Source: Candidatus Parcubacteria bacterium (GTDB taxonomy: Bacteria; Patescibacteriota; Minisyncoccia; UBA6257; 2-01-FULL-56-20). From it: a DNA stretch of 64,000 nucleotides. A program made the position numbers and the translations under genes. Below the pieces are notes generated by a model, which saw nothing but the letters and a program-made list of their open reading frames with translations, did no database searches and was not told the DNA's origin. The DNA is taken from contig DAIDJL010000002.1 of NCBI GenBank assembly GCA_027450205.1, forward strand, positions 205,007-269,006, in the 5' to 3' direction. How positions within the stretch are numbered: position 1 is the stretch's first letter; every line of letters begins with the position of its first letter. Shown piece by piece: positions 1-8,729 of the stretch.

Positions 1-163
1 CGGCCGTGATTTTATCAGTATCATTTTGCGCATCACTGAATTCAATCTTATCCCCAATATTTAAAAGCTTTCTTTTTTCGTCATAAAGACGACACTCAAT
101 GATTTTTGTGCCATTTTTAATCTTCTGGAAATATTCGGTTGCAAGTTTCATTGAGTGAATCAT
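1..163 (-). CDS. ASCH-domain protein (partial, C-terminus outside window)
   Basis: Reverse translation from ATG (revcomp of 161-163) gives MIHSMKLATEYFQKIKNGTKIIECRLYDEKRKLLNIGDKIEF..., ASCH-like; ORF runs off the window start. Confidence 0.45.
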   Translation of the reverse strand, partial: MIHSMKLATEYFQKIKNGTKIIECRLYDEKRKLLNIGDKIEFSDAQNDTDKITA

Positions 164-292
164 ATTAATCAAGTATAACAGTTGGTTCTACTATCATCTA
201 CTTGTAGTGTCAGGGCAAGTGGATACCGGTCGAACAAAAACGATTTTTGTCGATCTTCCGCAAGCCAACAAAACCAAGAGGTTCTACCCATA

Positions 293-427
293 CTAAGGGT
301 GTACTTTCTAGCCTGCGTTTTTACAGCATTAAAATCGATGAGCGGGTTAGTGGATGACGTCAGAACCTTTTTGATGGAAAAGCCCAGCAAATTTCACATT
401 TCAGATTTAATAAGCGAGAAATGTTGA
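293..427 (+). repeat. Conserved intergenic element, family 1 copy A (core GGATGACGTCAGAACCTTTTTGATGG)
   Basis: About 90 nt identical to 3188-3280, and the upstream roughly 45 nt is similar with paired substitutions. Followed by hairpin 438-461 (gaggctgg..ccagcctc). Confidence 0.7.
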
Positions 428-470
428 GATAAAATATGAGGCTGGAAATTAATCCAGCCTCCACAAGCAT

Positions 471-932
471 TCATGTTTTTGTCGGATCGGAGCATTCTTC
501 AGCATTCCTTGAAATCACGATGCCATATTGCTCCTTCATCAGCTCAAGGAAATTGCCTCCGGCCTCTTGCGCTACCGGACTGAAGTCTTCGTTATGCGTG
601 ATGGTGTAGACCGTACCGACGCACCATGCCCGCAGTACGGTAAGGGCAATTTCTAGGCGCGCGATATTGCCCGTGAAGCAGATGAACCGTCGCTTGCTTT
701 CCGGATTCTCGTGAATATGGATTGGCACATCCGGGTTGATCCTCTCCCACACCGGAGACGCCACAAGCTCTATTTCGTGATGGATTCCCCCGTGGAGTTT
801 GTTTTCAAACCCTAGGTAGAAAGCTGGATCGATCAACTGTTCTGACGGAGACTCGCTCCTGTGGATGCGAACGCGGAACGTATAGCTCTTGTCTCCCGCG
901 TCAATAACTACTATGCGATTTTGAGTTATCAC
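471..932 (-). CDS. hypothetical protein (153 aa)
   Basis: ORF with GTG start at 932, preceded by AAGGAG RBS at 8 nt spacing. Hairpin plus A/T run downstream at 438-461. Confidence 0.5.
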   Translation of the reverse strand: MITQNRIVVIDAGDKSYTFRVRIHRSESPSEQLIDPAFYLGFENKLHGGIHHEIELVASPVWERINPDVPIHIHENPESKRRFICFTGNIARLEIALTVLRAWCVGTVYTITHNEDFSPVAQEAGGNFLELMKEQYGIVISRNAEECSDPTKT

Positions 933-1042
933 GTCCTGCGCTCCTTCTTATGTGCCGTGCAAACAATAACACTTTACAATCCATCCGTCAAATGTTAGAA
1001 TGTGGGCGGATCCTAATAATCCAAAACGAAAGGAGGTGGCAC

Positions 1043-1612
1043 GTGAAAATCCAAGTCCGCTGGCCTAAGGAAAGCAACGTTTCACCCGATGACCTGATTA
1101 TCAGTTACTACAAGCCAGAATTCGTGTATGTCCACGAAAGGCTTTGGGCGGTGAACCTCAAGGTTTCCACGGTGCATGAGGCCTTGTTACACAGTTCATC
1201 CGTCATTTGGAAGATTCTAGAAGAAGGAGACCGCGTTCCGGGTCACCGCCCGTACGCAGTACGATCCTTCATCTCCGACGGCGAAAGCGATGAAGCCCTC
1301 GAGTTTCTGAACGAGTTCCTCACCTTGTACGACGGGAGAACTGGATATCTCGACGAAGCGATGAAGCAGGCGATCAACGACATCCAGCTAATCCCAGGCC
1401 CATTCTCGGACAAACATATCGGGTGGATTCGTCACGACCTGACTAATTGCCTGACGTTCGGAACCGAAGTCACACGCACCACCGGTGGGCAGTTTCGGAA
1501 GACGTCCATGCCGAAAACCCCCCAGCCGCATATCCGGCTCGTTTGGATTCGTGGTGAGCCACGTAAAGAGAGGAAGCTGTATACGAGAAAATCAAAAGCC
1601 GGTTCCACGTAA
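1043..1612 (+). CDS. hypothetical protein
   Basis: GTG at 1043 preceded by AGGAGG (1031-1036) at 6 nt spacing. Divergent from 471..932. Longer ORF-track start at 950 lacks an RBS. Confidence 0.5.
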   Translation: MKIQVRWPKESNVSPDDLIISYYKPEFVYVHERLWAVNLKVSTVHEALLHSSSVIWKILEEGDRVPGHRPYAVRSFISDGESDEALEFLNEFLTLYDGRTGYLDEAMKQAINDIQLIPGPFSDKHIGWIRHDLTNCLTFGTEVTRTTGGQFRKTSMPKTPQPHIRLVWIRGEPRKERKLYTRKSKAGST

Positions 1613-1784
1613 GGAGGAACGGGTCGAAGACTAACAAGTGCCTGATGCTAATCTCATTAGGCGCTTTTTTATCCGAATATCATCCATCCACCCCTAAGCC
1701 CCAACAAAATTCCACTCGGGCAAAAATAGCATTAACAGAATCGAATCTTTTTTAAAATCTATCCACCGGAAGCCTCTTGTGTTT

Positions 1785-1880
1785 GAGCGGGCTAGTGGAT
1801 GATGTTAGAACCTGCTTTAGAGAAAGTGCCAGCCAATTTGCGATTCCTGATTTAATGGCCGAGAAATGCTGAGATAAAAG
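1785..1880 (+). repeat. Conserved intergenic element, family 1 copy B (diverged, about 80% to copy A)
   Basis: gagcgggctagtggatgatgttagaacc...gagaaatgctgagataaaag aligns along the full length of copy A. Followed by hairpin 1883-1906 and a T-run. Confidence 0.65.
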
Positions 1881-1930
1881 TTTGACCCACCTCTTGCGAA
1901 GTGGGTCTTTTGTGCGAGCAGCAGTCCGAT

Positions 1931-2233
1931 TCATTGTTCGGCAGATACGCCGTGACGCAAATGCTTTGCATGTTCGAACAACTCGTCCTCAGGCGGTGCA
2001 CCATGTCGTAGGTTTTTAACATGTTCGAACACAATGCTGTTCTGAGGAGTCGCAGGGACTTCCCTGTGAAAGAGGGCGACGCCGATGATGGGCTTGCGTA
2101 CTGGATCACACATACTGCATGGTATCCATAGAGGGAGCGACATCAGCATGAACGCTCCGACCATCCACAGGCACTTGAGCGAGGCGTTAAGAAATCGTTC
2201 CATTTCGGAACCTCCATATTTGAAGAGCTTCAA
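1931..2233 (-). CDS. small membrane protein with internal LFEH.K.LRHG repeat
   Basis: 100-aa ORF, hydrophobic segment, duplicated FEHVKNLRHG/FEHAKHLRHG motif. Confidence 0.3.
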   Translation of the reverse strand: MKLFKYGGSEMERFLNASLKCLWMVGAFMLMSLPLWIPCSMCDPVRKPIIGVALFHREVPATPQNSIVFEHVKNLRHGAPPEDELFEHAKHLRHGVSAEQ

Positions 2234-2340
2234 TACTTCGCCATTATAGCACTTTACAAATATATAGTCAAATGGTACTATATGCCAAGAACCACAACAA
2301 TGGGAGGGCTATCCCAAAATAGCAGAAATGGAGTTGTCAT

Positions 2341-2997
2341 ATGACGACGAAGAAGCAGCGTGTTGTCGCGGACGATGTCCTTGGTCAAATTTCACGGAGA
2401 ACCTGGGATTTACAAAGACGAGTGATGGAAGGAACACTAGACCCACAACAAGTGCTTAACTCTTTGCAGTCATTCGCCGAGGGGCACCCGGTTGTTCCAA
2501 CTGACGCACCGCCATTTATTCTTGGCCAGCGCGTTTATGAGATCGAGCAGCCGCCTAGCGGTGTCGGAATTCTTGCATTTGCCCAGAGTTCGCAATTCGA
2601 GGTCTATGGTGCCCATTTAGCGGATCAATGGCCGAAAACTCAACGGGTTCTCGACGCGAGCCAAACCAGCAAGGTGCGAGTTGCGTATTTTCAGCAAACT
2701 TTCATTGCTCGTACTGCATTCTCGATTGTCCAAGATAGTGGGATCGAATGCGCTGACGCATGGGAATTGGTTGCCTTCTGTAAGCAGTCAAGTTTCATTG
2801 CGGCACGCGATTTCGGATTCCATAGTCCCGTGAGGTTTGTTTCGGCAGTCGGAATAGAAACCGGCGATGACTTTTTGGGTGATAGGTATATCTATCTTGA
2901 GTCCAGCACCCACGCGAGGAAATGGGGATTCAATAACGGATGCGAAGGGGCATTTTTCAAGATCAATGCCGGTGATTACGTTCTTGTTCACGCTTAG
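2341..2997 (+). CDS. hypothetical protein (218 aa)
   Basis: ORF with GGAG RBS 6 nt upstream of ATG; no recognised domain. Confidence 0.5.
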   Translation: MTTKKQRVVADDVLGQISRRTWDLQRRVMEGTLDPQQVLNSLQSFAEGHPVVPTDAPPFILGQRVYEIEQPPSGVGILAFAQSSQFEVYGAHLADQWPKTQRVLDASQTSKVRVAYFQQTFIARTAFSIVQDSGIECADAWELVAFCKQSSFIAARDFGFHSPVRFVSAVGIETGDDFLGDRYIYLESSTHARKWGFNNGCEGAFFKINAGDYVLVHA

Positions 2998-3143
2998 CAC
3001 GTGGGCTACTCATCTGAGTAGTTAACATTCCAGGCAGTCTTTGCATTATGCGGAGGCTGCCTGATTTTTTTACCCAACCGCACTACTCACTATTGTTTAA
3101 AAGATATTCTGAGTATCGCCCGTAGGTAAATAGGTTCGACCCG

Positions 3144-3280
3144 CACTAAGGGTGCACGATCCAGCCCGCATGATTGCAGGCCTAAAATTTAGGAGCGGGT
3201 TAGTGGATGACGTCAGAACCTTTTTGATGGAAAAGCCCAGCAAATTTCACATTTCAGATTTAATAAGCGAGAAATGTTGA
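3144..3280 (+). repeat. Conserved intergenic element, family 1 copy C
   Basis: 3188-3280 identical to 338-427. Upstream part cactaagggtgcac...gcaggcctaaaattt aligns to copy A with paired changes. Followed by hairpin 3293-3323. Confidence 0.7.
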
Positions 3281-3340
3281 TCATTAAAAGAATGGGCAGC
3301 AACCTCGTAATGAGGTCGCTGCCCTTCCTAGGTAAAGTGC

Positions 3341-3856
3341 CTAGACGTCCGTCTTTGATTCTGCGAGATAATCCTTGAAACTTCCTCTTACACCGAAATG
3401 TGCTTCTGCGGCAAGGGAATGAGCATCCCAGAATATCCGCTTCAAGTCTTTGATGATATCTCCAAGGTTGATAAACTCGGCGAGAGTCACATCAGCGTCG
3501 AGGGAAGGTTGTTTTGCAAGCTGTGCTTGTTGTTCGCAAACTCCCCAGAGCCGACGAGCGCGACGGGTAAGTTCATCAGTGATTGCTGCCTGGATATAAC
3601 TGTTGTTAGCGGACATGGGCCAGCCGAACACCAATTCGAAGCGGCCGCGTATATCGTTCCACCGTCGACTTTCCATCTTGCGGATTGCCAGTGTGATCAT
3701 CGCCTCGATAATAACTACGATGGTGACGGCAAGAATCATATAGAGAACAAACCGACCAAAAGAGATTTTGTCGGCATAGAGGAGATAGGCACAATACATT
3801 CCGATTATGCCACTCACAATGCGTCCGGGCCATACAACCTTTTTATCCAGCACCAT
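3341..3856 (-). CDS. membrane protein (two TM helices plus cytoplasmic domain)
   Basis: ATG at 3856 with GGAGAG RBS; hydrophobic helices in the N-terminal third. Confidence 0.5.
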   Translation of the reverse strand: MVLDKKVVWPGRIVSGIIGMYCAYLLYADKISFGRFVLYMILAVTIVVIIEAMITLAIRKMESRRWNDIRGRFELVFGWPMSANNSYIQAAITDELTRRARRLWGVCEQQAQLAKQPSLDADVTLAEFINLGDIIKDLKRIFWDAHSLAAEAHFGVRGSFKDYLAESKTDV

Positions 3857-3980
3857 AACATCCTGCTTTCTCTCCGCTCTCCGGAGTTGTTGAAATTGTT
3901 CGGCTGCTCTACAGCGGAACTGCGCACATCATATCATTTGACAATCCATCCGTCAAGAGGTAGAATGTGGGCAGTCGTTC

Positions 3981-4241
3981 ATGAGGTTTGAAATGACATG
4001 TGGCATCGTTGTTCCTCGACAGGAAGAAATCGTGGGCCATCGTCAAGATGGCTATTCGGCGGAATGTATTCTCAAGTCGGGAAATCACTCTCGGCATGTG
4101 ATAAAAATGCCGGAGGGAAAATTCTTTGCGTGGGAAGATGATTGGGACTGCGATTGCTGCGCGCCTGACGAAGACGATCGTTGTTATTGTTTTTGGGAAA
4201 TAAGCGAACAGGAGGCAATCAATCTCGGTGCCTCTTTGTGA
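3981..4241 (+). CDS. small Cys-rich acidic protein
   Basis: 86-aa ORF with CDCC..C.C cluster; weak support. Confidence 0.3.
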   Translation: MRFEMTCGIVVPRQEEIVGHRQDGYSAECILKSGNHSRHVIKMPEGKFFAWEDDWDCDCCAPDEDDRCYCFWEISEQEAINLGASL

Positions 4242-4517
4242 GCCTCGCGCTTCGGTGCGGGGCTTTTCTTATTTAAATATTGCGACGGCGATTGATACAA
4301 ATAAAGCAAGTATTGAAATCGCAAGTGTTACTAGGGAAAGATTTTTTTGGAAGCCTAGGGCGTAGCGATTTATCTCAAGCTGTAGCCGATTTGAGTGATA
4401 CAGCCAAAGGCGACACTTCGTGCATTCAGCAACTCCTGGGCCGCTTCGCTGATCGTAAGAAACTACCCTCCAATCGTGATCGCAATCAATTTGACGATCA
4501 GCCATGATTATCGGTCG

Positions 4518-4892
4518 CTAGCTAGTAGTCTTCGATTTCAAATCAATCATAAAGAGCTTGCCGAACTGAGGATCTTCTATCTCTATTGGAGAATATTTCC
4601 CCGCATATTTATTTAGATCTATGGAGTAGGCCTCAATGAATGACCACGCAGAAAAATATGCGCCTTTTTCATCTGCGCGTTTTTTCAATCTGAAAGTCCC
4701 GTCGGTTTCTTGCTCTAAGAGCTTGATGCCGATTTTCTGTTCGGCCTTGTCGAAGTAAAGTTTTACAGCGGCATATCGGTCAATTTCATATCGATGATGC
4801 ATGCCGGAGCTCAAACCAAAACCGCCAGATTTGTTGATGCTTACCTGGGGAGTGAATTTCCCTTTTCTCTTAGTGAATTCTTCAAAAGCCAT
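4518..4892 (-). CDS. hypothetical protein (124 aa)
   Basis: ORF; start next to an AT-rich region with TAATAAT near the ATG (possibly leaderless). Confidence 0.4.
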   Translation of the reverse strand: MAFEEFTKRKGKFTPQVSINKSGGFGLSSGMHHRYEIDRYAAVKLYFDKAEQKIGIKLLEQETDGTFRLKKRADEKGAYFSAWSFIEAYSIDLNKYAGKYSPIEIEDPQFGKLFMIDLKSKTTS

Positions 4893-4979
4893 TGTAAGAA
4901 TTATTAGTTTTTTTGTGTGAATACCTAGGGTTGTGGTATCCTAGGAAACATTCTAAACTTAAAGGGTGTGGATAAATTA

Positions 4980-5008
4980 TTGACAGTCAGTCCATTTTCA
5001 TTTAAAAT
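4980..5008 (+). promoter_or_regulatory. sigma70-type promoter (TTGACA-17-TAAAAT)
   Basis: TTGACA 4980-4985, 17 nt spacer, TAAAAT 5003-5008. Predicted TSS about 5016, right at the start of the long stem. Confidence 0.5.
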
Positions 5009-5016
5009 CTGTTCCT

Positions 5017-5140
5017 GAGCTTAGAAGCTCAATCTTGTGCCCGGCAGGGGGGACGATCCCCTTTTCCATAGTTCAAGGCTATGTGTCCTACCCACCGTAG
5101 ACGAGCCGGGCATAAGATTGAGTTTCTAAGCTCTTTTTTG
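5017..5140 (+). ncRNA. candidate small structured RNA (29-bp closing stem, three internal hairpins, U-tract end); alternatively a MITE-like element
   Basis: Arms 5017-5045 and 5105-5133 are reverse complements with two C-to-T changes that give G.U pairs. Inner hairpins ggggg/cccc and catag/ctatg. T6 at 5134-5139. No ORF. Confidence 0.35.
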
Positions 5141-5469
5141 ATATTCTTAGGGAAGTATACCATAAAATTCTAGCAAGTAATACCCCCAGAGATTTACCCT
5201 ATCTGATAATATCAAATGGTATCCGCTTGTCAAATGTCTGTTTTCTCACAGCATTTTGCTATGCAAATTGAATATGTGTCTAAGATACGATAAGTTTACT
5301 GCTTTATATTTTAAACATCTGTTCAATTTAATTCGGCGTTTATTCTTCAAATTCACGTGTTAATTTCCGAGTTCTTCCCCGCCTTTGTGCAATCTATCAT
5401 TTCAACCAGCGGACAGGGCAGAGACGGGTATAGGCGAAAAGAACCGCAGATTCACGTTTTATGCGGGGA

Positions 5470-5499
5470 TTGACAGATAAGCCAATTAAGGTGTATAAT
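5470..5499 (+). promoter_or_regulatory. sigma70 promoter (TTGACA-18-TATAAT) with a 110 nt leader containing a 9-bp hairpin
   Basis: Consensus hexamers at 5470-5475 and 5494-5499. Leader hairpin ggccgtagcc/ggctacggc at 5528-5574. AAGGAG RBS before ATG 5617. Confidence 0.55.
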
Positions 5500-5616
5500 A
5501 TAGTTGTTCTTTGAAATGGCGAATAATGGCCGTAGCCAAAAGGCATTGGAATGTCGATGCTTTCTGGCTACGGCTACGGATAGTAGTCCCTCTGGCAGAA
5601 AAAAGGAGAAAACACC

Positions 5617-6294
5617 ATGGCTAACACGGTGAAGACCTTTGATCGTCAGACCGCGCGGTTCCTTGCGGTCATCGCTGAAAACCTTCCGGAAATGCCTGCA
5701 GTATGTATGCAGATTTGGAGCGAACAACCCAAGCGAATCCAGGAAGTCTTACTAAAGGCTTTCGAGCCTCTTGTCCGCATCCCCCTGTGGTGGCACGAGA
5801 CAGTGAAGCCGGTCGTTCACGATGCCCGGAGTTGGAAAGAAGTGTTGCTGCAGCGCGGATTCACGATCAGTGATGAAGCACAAGCGATGCTTGAGAACGT
5901 TCTGCTCGTCCCGTTTCCCGAGACGGAGTACACTCAGGCCAGCGCGCATTCTTTCGGGTACGGCTTCGACGAGAAAAATCCACCTTCTCGCGCCGACTAT
6001 TACCGACGTGCGAAGATGTTGGGGCTCGAGCCAATTTCAGTTCAGGCGGCTCTCCAAGTTCTTCTGGAGGATCGCTACTCCAATCCCCCGAAGAATAATC
6101 TCAAGAAATTCCCTGAGCAGATTATCTTCGTTCTTGGGACAGAGCCCATCTCTGTCATCGACAAGGACGGCGCGACAACGAAGAAACTGTTTGTGTTCGA
6201 AAATTATGGCGGGCACAATTCGCTTCACGCCATGGATGTCGAGAGCAACAAGTTCCTTTATACACTCCTTGCCATACACAAGGATGAGCAGTAA
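5617..6294 (+). CDS. hypothetical protein (225 aa)
   Basis: Strong promoter plus RBS; ORF followed by a hairpin and T-run near 6330-6360. Confidence 0.6.
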   Translation: MANTVKTFDRQTARFLAVIAENLPEMPAVCMQIWSEQPKRIQEVLLKAFEPLVRIPLWWHETVKPVVHDARSWKEVLLQRGFTISDEAQAMLENVLLVPFPETEYTQASAHSFGYGFDEKNPPSRADYYRRAKMLGLEPISVQAALQVLLEDRYSNPPKNNLKKFPEQIIFVLGTEPISVIDKDGATTKKLFVFENYGGHNSLHAMDVESNKFLYTLLAIHKDEQ

Positions 6295-6775
6295 ACCATC
6301 AACCCATTATCGAAAAAGAGGAAAACCCTCTGCTTCGGTAGTGGGTTTTCTCTTTTTTATAATCCGGCCCCACAGTGCCACTCACTATATCTCCCCTGCA
6401 GACAATAGTGAGCGAGATGGGAGGGTCTTTAGAATTTCTTTACGAAATCTTTAACTTTTCTTTACCGCGAGGGCTACCAAATAAGCGTCCGCTTTGCTAT
6501 TTCCTCAATACTGTCCGCGAGCGGGTCGAACGTATAGCTCGCGCTTTTCTGCGGATTCTTGCGTATCGCGTATGGCGAGACAGGAAGGTTGTGGGCTGAA
6601 CGGATGTATTGGTCTACCCATATCATGCTCCGGCCATTTGCGTAAAAGCTTTTTTCAATTGAAAGATATTGTTCAGCTTCATTGATATCGATTGGGGTTC
6701 TCATGGGGTTTGGGTATCTTATATAATTACATTTTATGCATAAGTGTCGATGTTTTGTGCTGCCAAGGCCCACGT

Positions 6776-7240
6776 CTAAAGCATCCCTCTTTTTTTGATA
6801 TCCTTCCACCCGTGCTTTACCACGTTGCCATTTCGGTCGACGGAAAAGATGTATAGGCCAAGTCGTTTCGCTGCTTGCCATGGAATCCTGCGCAATGCGA
6901 TAGTTGCCGATGTTTCTGGCATTGCAATCCCGTAGTAGTTCGGCTCGAACGTCGTCATCCTCGTAACAATCTGGCCAAGGACGGCAACAAACGAACCATC
7001 ATCAGCGGAGCTTGCGTAGTGTGCTGACGAACCGCCTTTCACTTCGACTACAAAGTAGCGGGTATGCGGTGGTCTGCTGCTTCGGACGCGGATATCGACC
7101 CCTTTCTGATGGAGCGCAACCCTGCGGAGGTTATAGCCGAACCCATTGCGGAACAGCCAGTCCACCATTCTGTCGCCGACGAATTGCTCGGATTTTTTGT
7201 AATCCGCATGACGTACTCTTTTCGCTTTTGATTTTGCCAT
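6776..7240 (-). CDS. putative PD-(D/E)xK nuclease-fold protein
   Basis: 154 aa; motif GVDIRVRS...YFVVEVKGG resembles the D...(D/E)xK restriction-endonuclease-like core. Confidence 0.35.
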   Translation of the reverse strand: MAKSKAKRVRHADYKKSEQFVGDRMVDWLFRNGFGYNLRRVALHQKGVDIRVRSSRPPHTRYFVVEVKGGSSAHYASSADDGSFVAVLGQIVTRMTTFEPNYYGIAMPETSATIALRRIPWQAAKRLGLYIFSVDRNGNVVKHGWKDIKKRGML

Positions 7241-7245
7241 AGTTG

Positions 7246-7578
7246 TTAAAGACTAAGACAGAAGGTTGTTGGACTTCCACATGAGGCCTGCGGCGCGGGA
7301 GTCTCCCACGAGACGCCATTTGGCAGAGTGCTGGAAGTGAATATGGTGCCACTATTGGTATTGTCGGATGGATCTTCTAGCGTCGCTGCTAATACGTAGA
7401 CTGTTCCGCTCGCATCGGTGGCGTATGTATAATGGCGACCTTGGCTAGCTAGTGGATCGTTAGGGATGGTAATGCTGGAGAAATTACCGCCCGCGTTCGT
7501 TATCTTAGTTTGCAAATCCTGCCACGAGGTGATGCCGGTCGGGTACTGATTGTATTGGTTGTAATACACCTCAAGCAC
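7246..7578 (-). pseudogene. type IV pilin-like protein lacking the N-terminal signal and hydrophobic helix (probable remnant)
   Basis: R.A..DL.....L..YY...N.YP motif typical of pilins. In-frame upstream sequence runs into tRNA-Gly with no start codon or hydrophobic helix. GTG start only. Confidence 0.3.
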
Positions 7579-7717
7579 GGTTTGGGTCGTTAGAAGGTCG
7601 TTAATCCGCTGTGCGTCTCTTGCCCCCGTCGAGCAGGAAGTGGCAAGGTTCGAACACGGAGAAACACCTGATGAATCAGGCGGCCTAGAAGGATTCCATG
7701 AAATAAGTCCTAACTTG

Positions 7718-7788
7718 AGCGGGTAACGGGAGTCGAACCCGTGACTTCACCTTGGAAGGGTGACGTAATACCGTTATACAATACCCGC
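7718..7788 (-). tRNA. tRNA-Gly (anticodon TCC)
   Basis: Manual fold: acceptor GCGGGTA/TACCCGC, anticodon loop CTTCCAA, T-arm ACGGG-TTCGACT-CCCGT, discriminator T. CCA not encoded. Confidence 0.8.
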
Positions 7789-7860
7789 GGTATTTGCAGC
7801 ACGCATTGCGCTATCTGCGTGATTTAATCTACCATTCTTGCTTGCTTTTTTCAATCATTT

Positions 7861-8484
7861 TTGCTACAAATAGGTAATCCGAATATGTCCAAATTCTCGC
7901 GTCGCACCAAGATCATTGCGGCTTTCATCATACTCGTGGCGCTGGGATATGGGCTTGCCATCTTTTGGCAATCGCAGAACAAGGTGCCGGCGGACTTCAC
8001 CGCGGCACGGCTTCAGGGGGCGATCATCGCGCAGACGATCGTCAATACATCCAATCAGTCCACTGCGGCGCTCGAACAGATAAATAAATACGATCAGCAG
8101 GGCAATTATACCGCCGCGCTCGCTTCAACGACGGACCTTATCAATCAGAGCGCGGGGTTGCGCGACGAAGCGGTGCAGTTGTCCGCGCAGGTGAGCCAGA
8201 TGACGAAGGATCTCTCGAGTATCAACTCCGGCGCCGCACAGCAGGCGGCATTGGAATCCATTTCGAGCCGTCTTGCGCTCATCAACGAGCTTATCACGTA
8301 CAGCAACGATCTCGACCGCCTCCTCACCGTTCTCCAGGCGCGGTTTAGCGGCACGCTCGAACCGAATGGCGTCGTGCAGGGATTGGTGAACCAGATCAAT
8401 ACCGATGTGAATGCGATCAACAATTTCAATGCGCAGGCCGGGCAGGCGATGGATAAATTTGATTCGATAGAGAAGGGAAATTAA
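7861..8484 (+). CDS. membrane-anchored coiled-coil protein
   Basis: N-terminal TM (IIAAFIILVALGYGLAIFW), Q/A/L-rich helical remainder. Probable start at ATG 7885. Terminator-like hairpin plus T-run follows. Confidence 0.5.
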   Translation: MLQIGNPNMSKFSRRTKIIAAFIILVALGYGLAIFWQSQNKVPADFTAARLQGAIIAQTIVNTSNQSTAALEQINKYDQQGNYTAALASTTDLINQSAGLRDEAVQLSAQVSQMTKDLSSINSGAAQQAALESISSRLALINELITYSNDLDRLLTVLQARFSGTLEPNGVVQGLVNQINTDVNAINNFNAQAGQAMDKFDSIEKGN

Positions 8485-8729
8485 TAAAGAAGCTTCTTGT
8501 ATTTCTTCTTTTTTTAGGCGGCGGCGCGCAGCGTTCCGGCTTGCTGGCTGGCCGCCTCGGCGCTCGCCACTCACCACCCTGTGGCTCCGTAGCGCCCTTC
8601 AAAACATAAGAACATCCTTCTTTACTTCCCTCCGTCAATCTTTTATTCTGAACCAGTGGATGCGTTTGTAGCTCAGCGATAGCGTTGCTTCTCAAGGCAA
8701 CGGGATAAAGAATAGAAACGCAGCATTCA

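Noticed and set aside
182-427. ORF 182..427 and the similar short frames over the other repeat copies as real protein genes
   Set aside because: The conserved part has no credible start in copies B and E (E would encode 15 aa). Conservation is equally strong at nucleotide level, so it was kept as a nucleic-acid element, although a coding role is not fully excluded.
293-3323. Diversity-generating retroelement template/variable repeats as explanation for the family-1 copies
   Set aside because: Differences between copies are not adenine-specific and no reverse transcriptase gene is present in the window.
5452-5727. Minus-strand ORF 5452..5727
   Set aside because: It overlaps the consensus promoter, leader hairpin and start of 5617..6294 on the opposite strand and has no RBS.
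8659-8721. Calling this a functional tRNA-Glu
   Set aside because: Acceptor 5' strand, D-arm and an anticodon-like arm are present, but the anticodon loop would be 8 nt, the T-arm is absent and the total length is about 62 nt.
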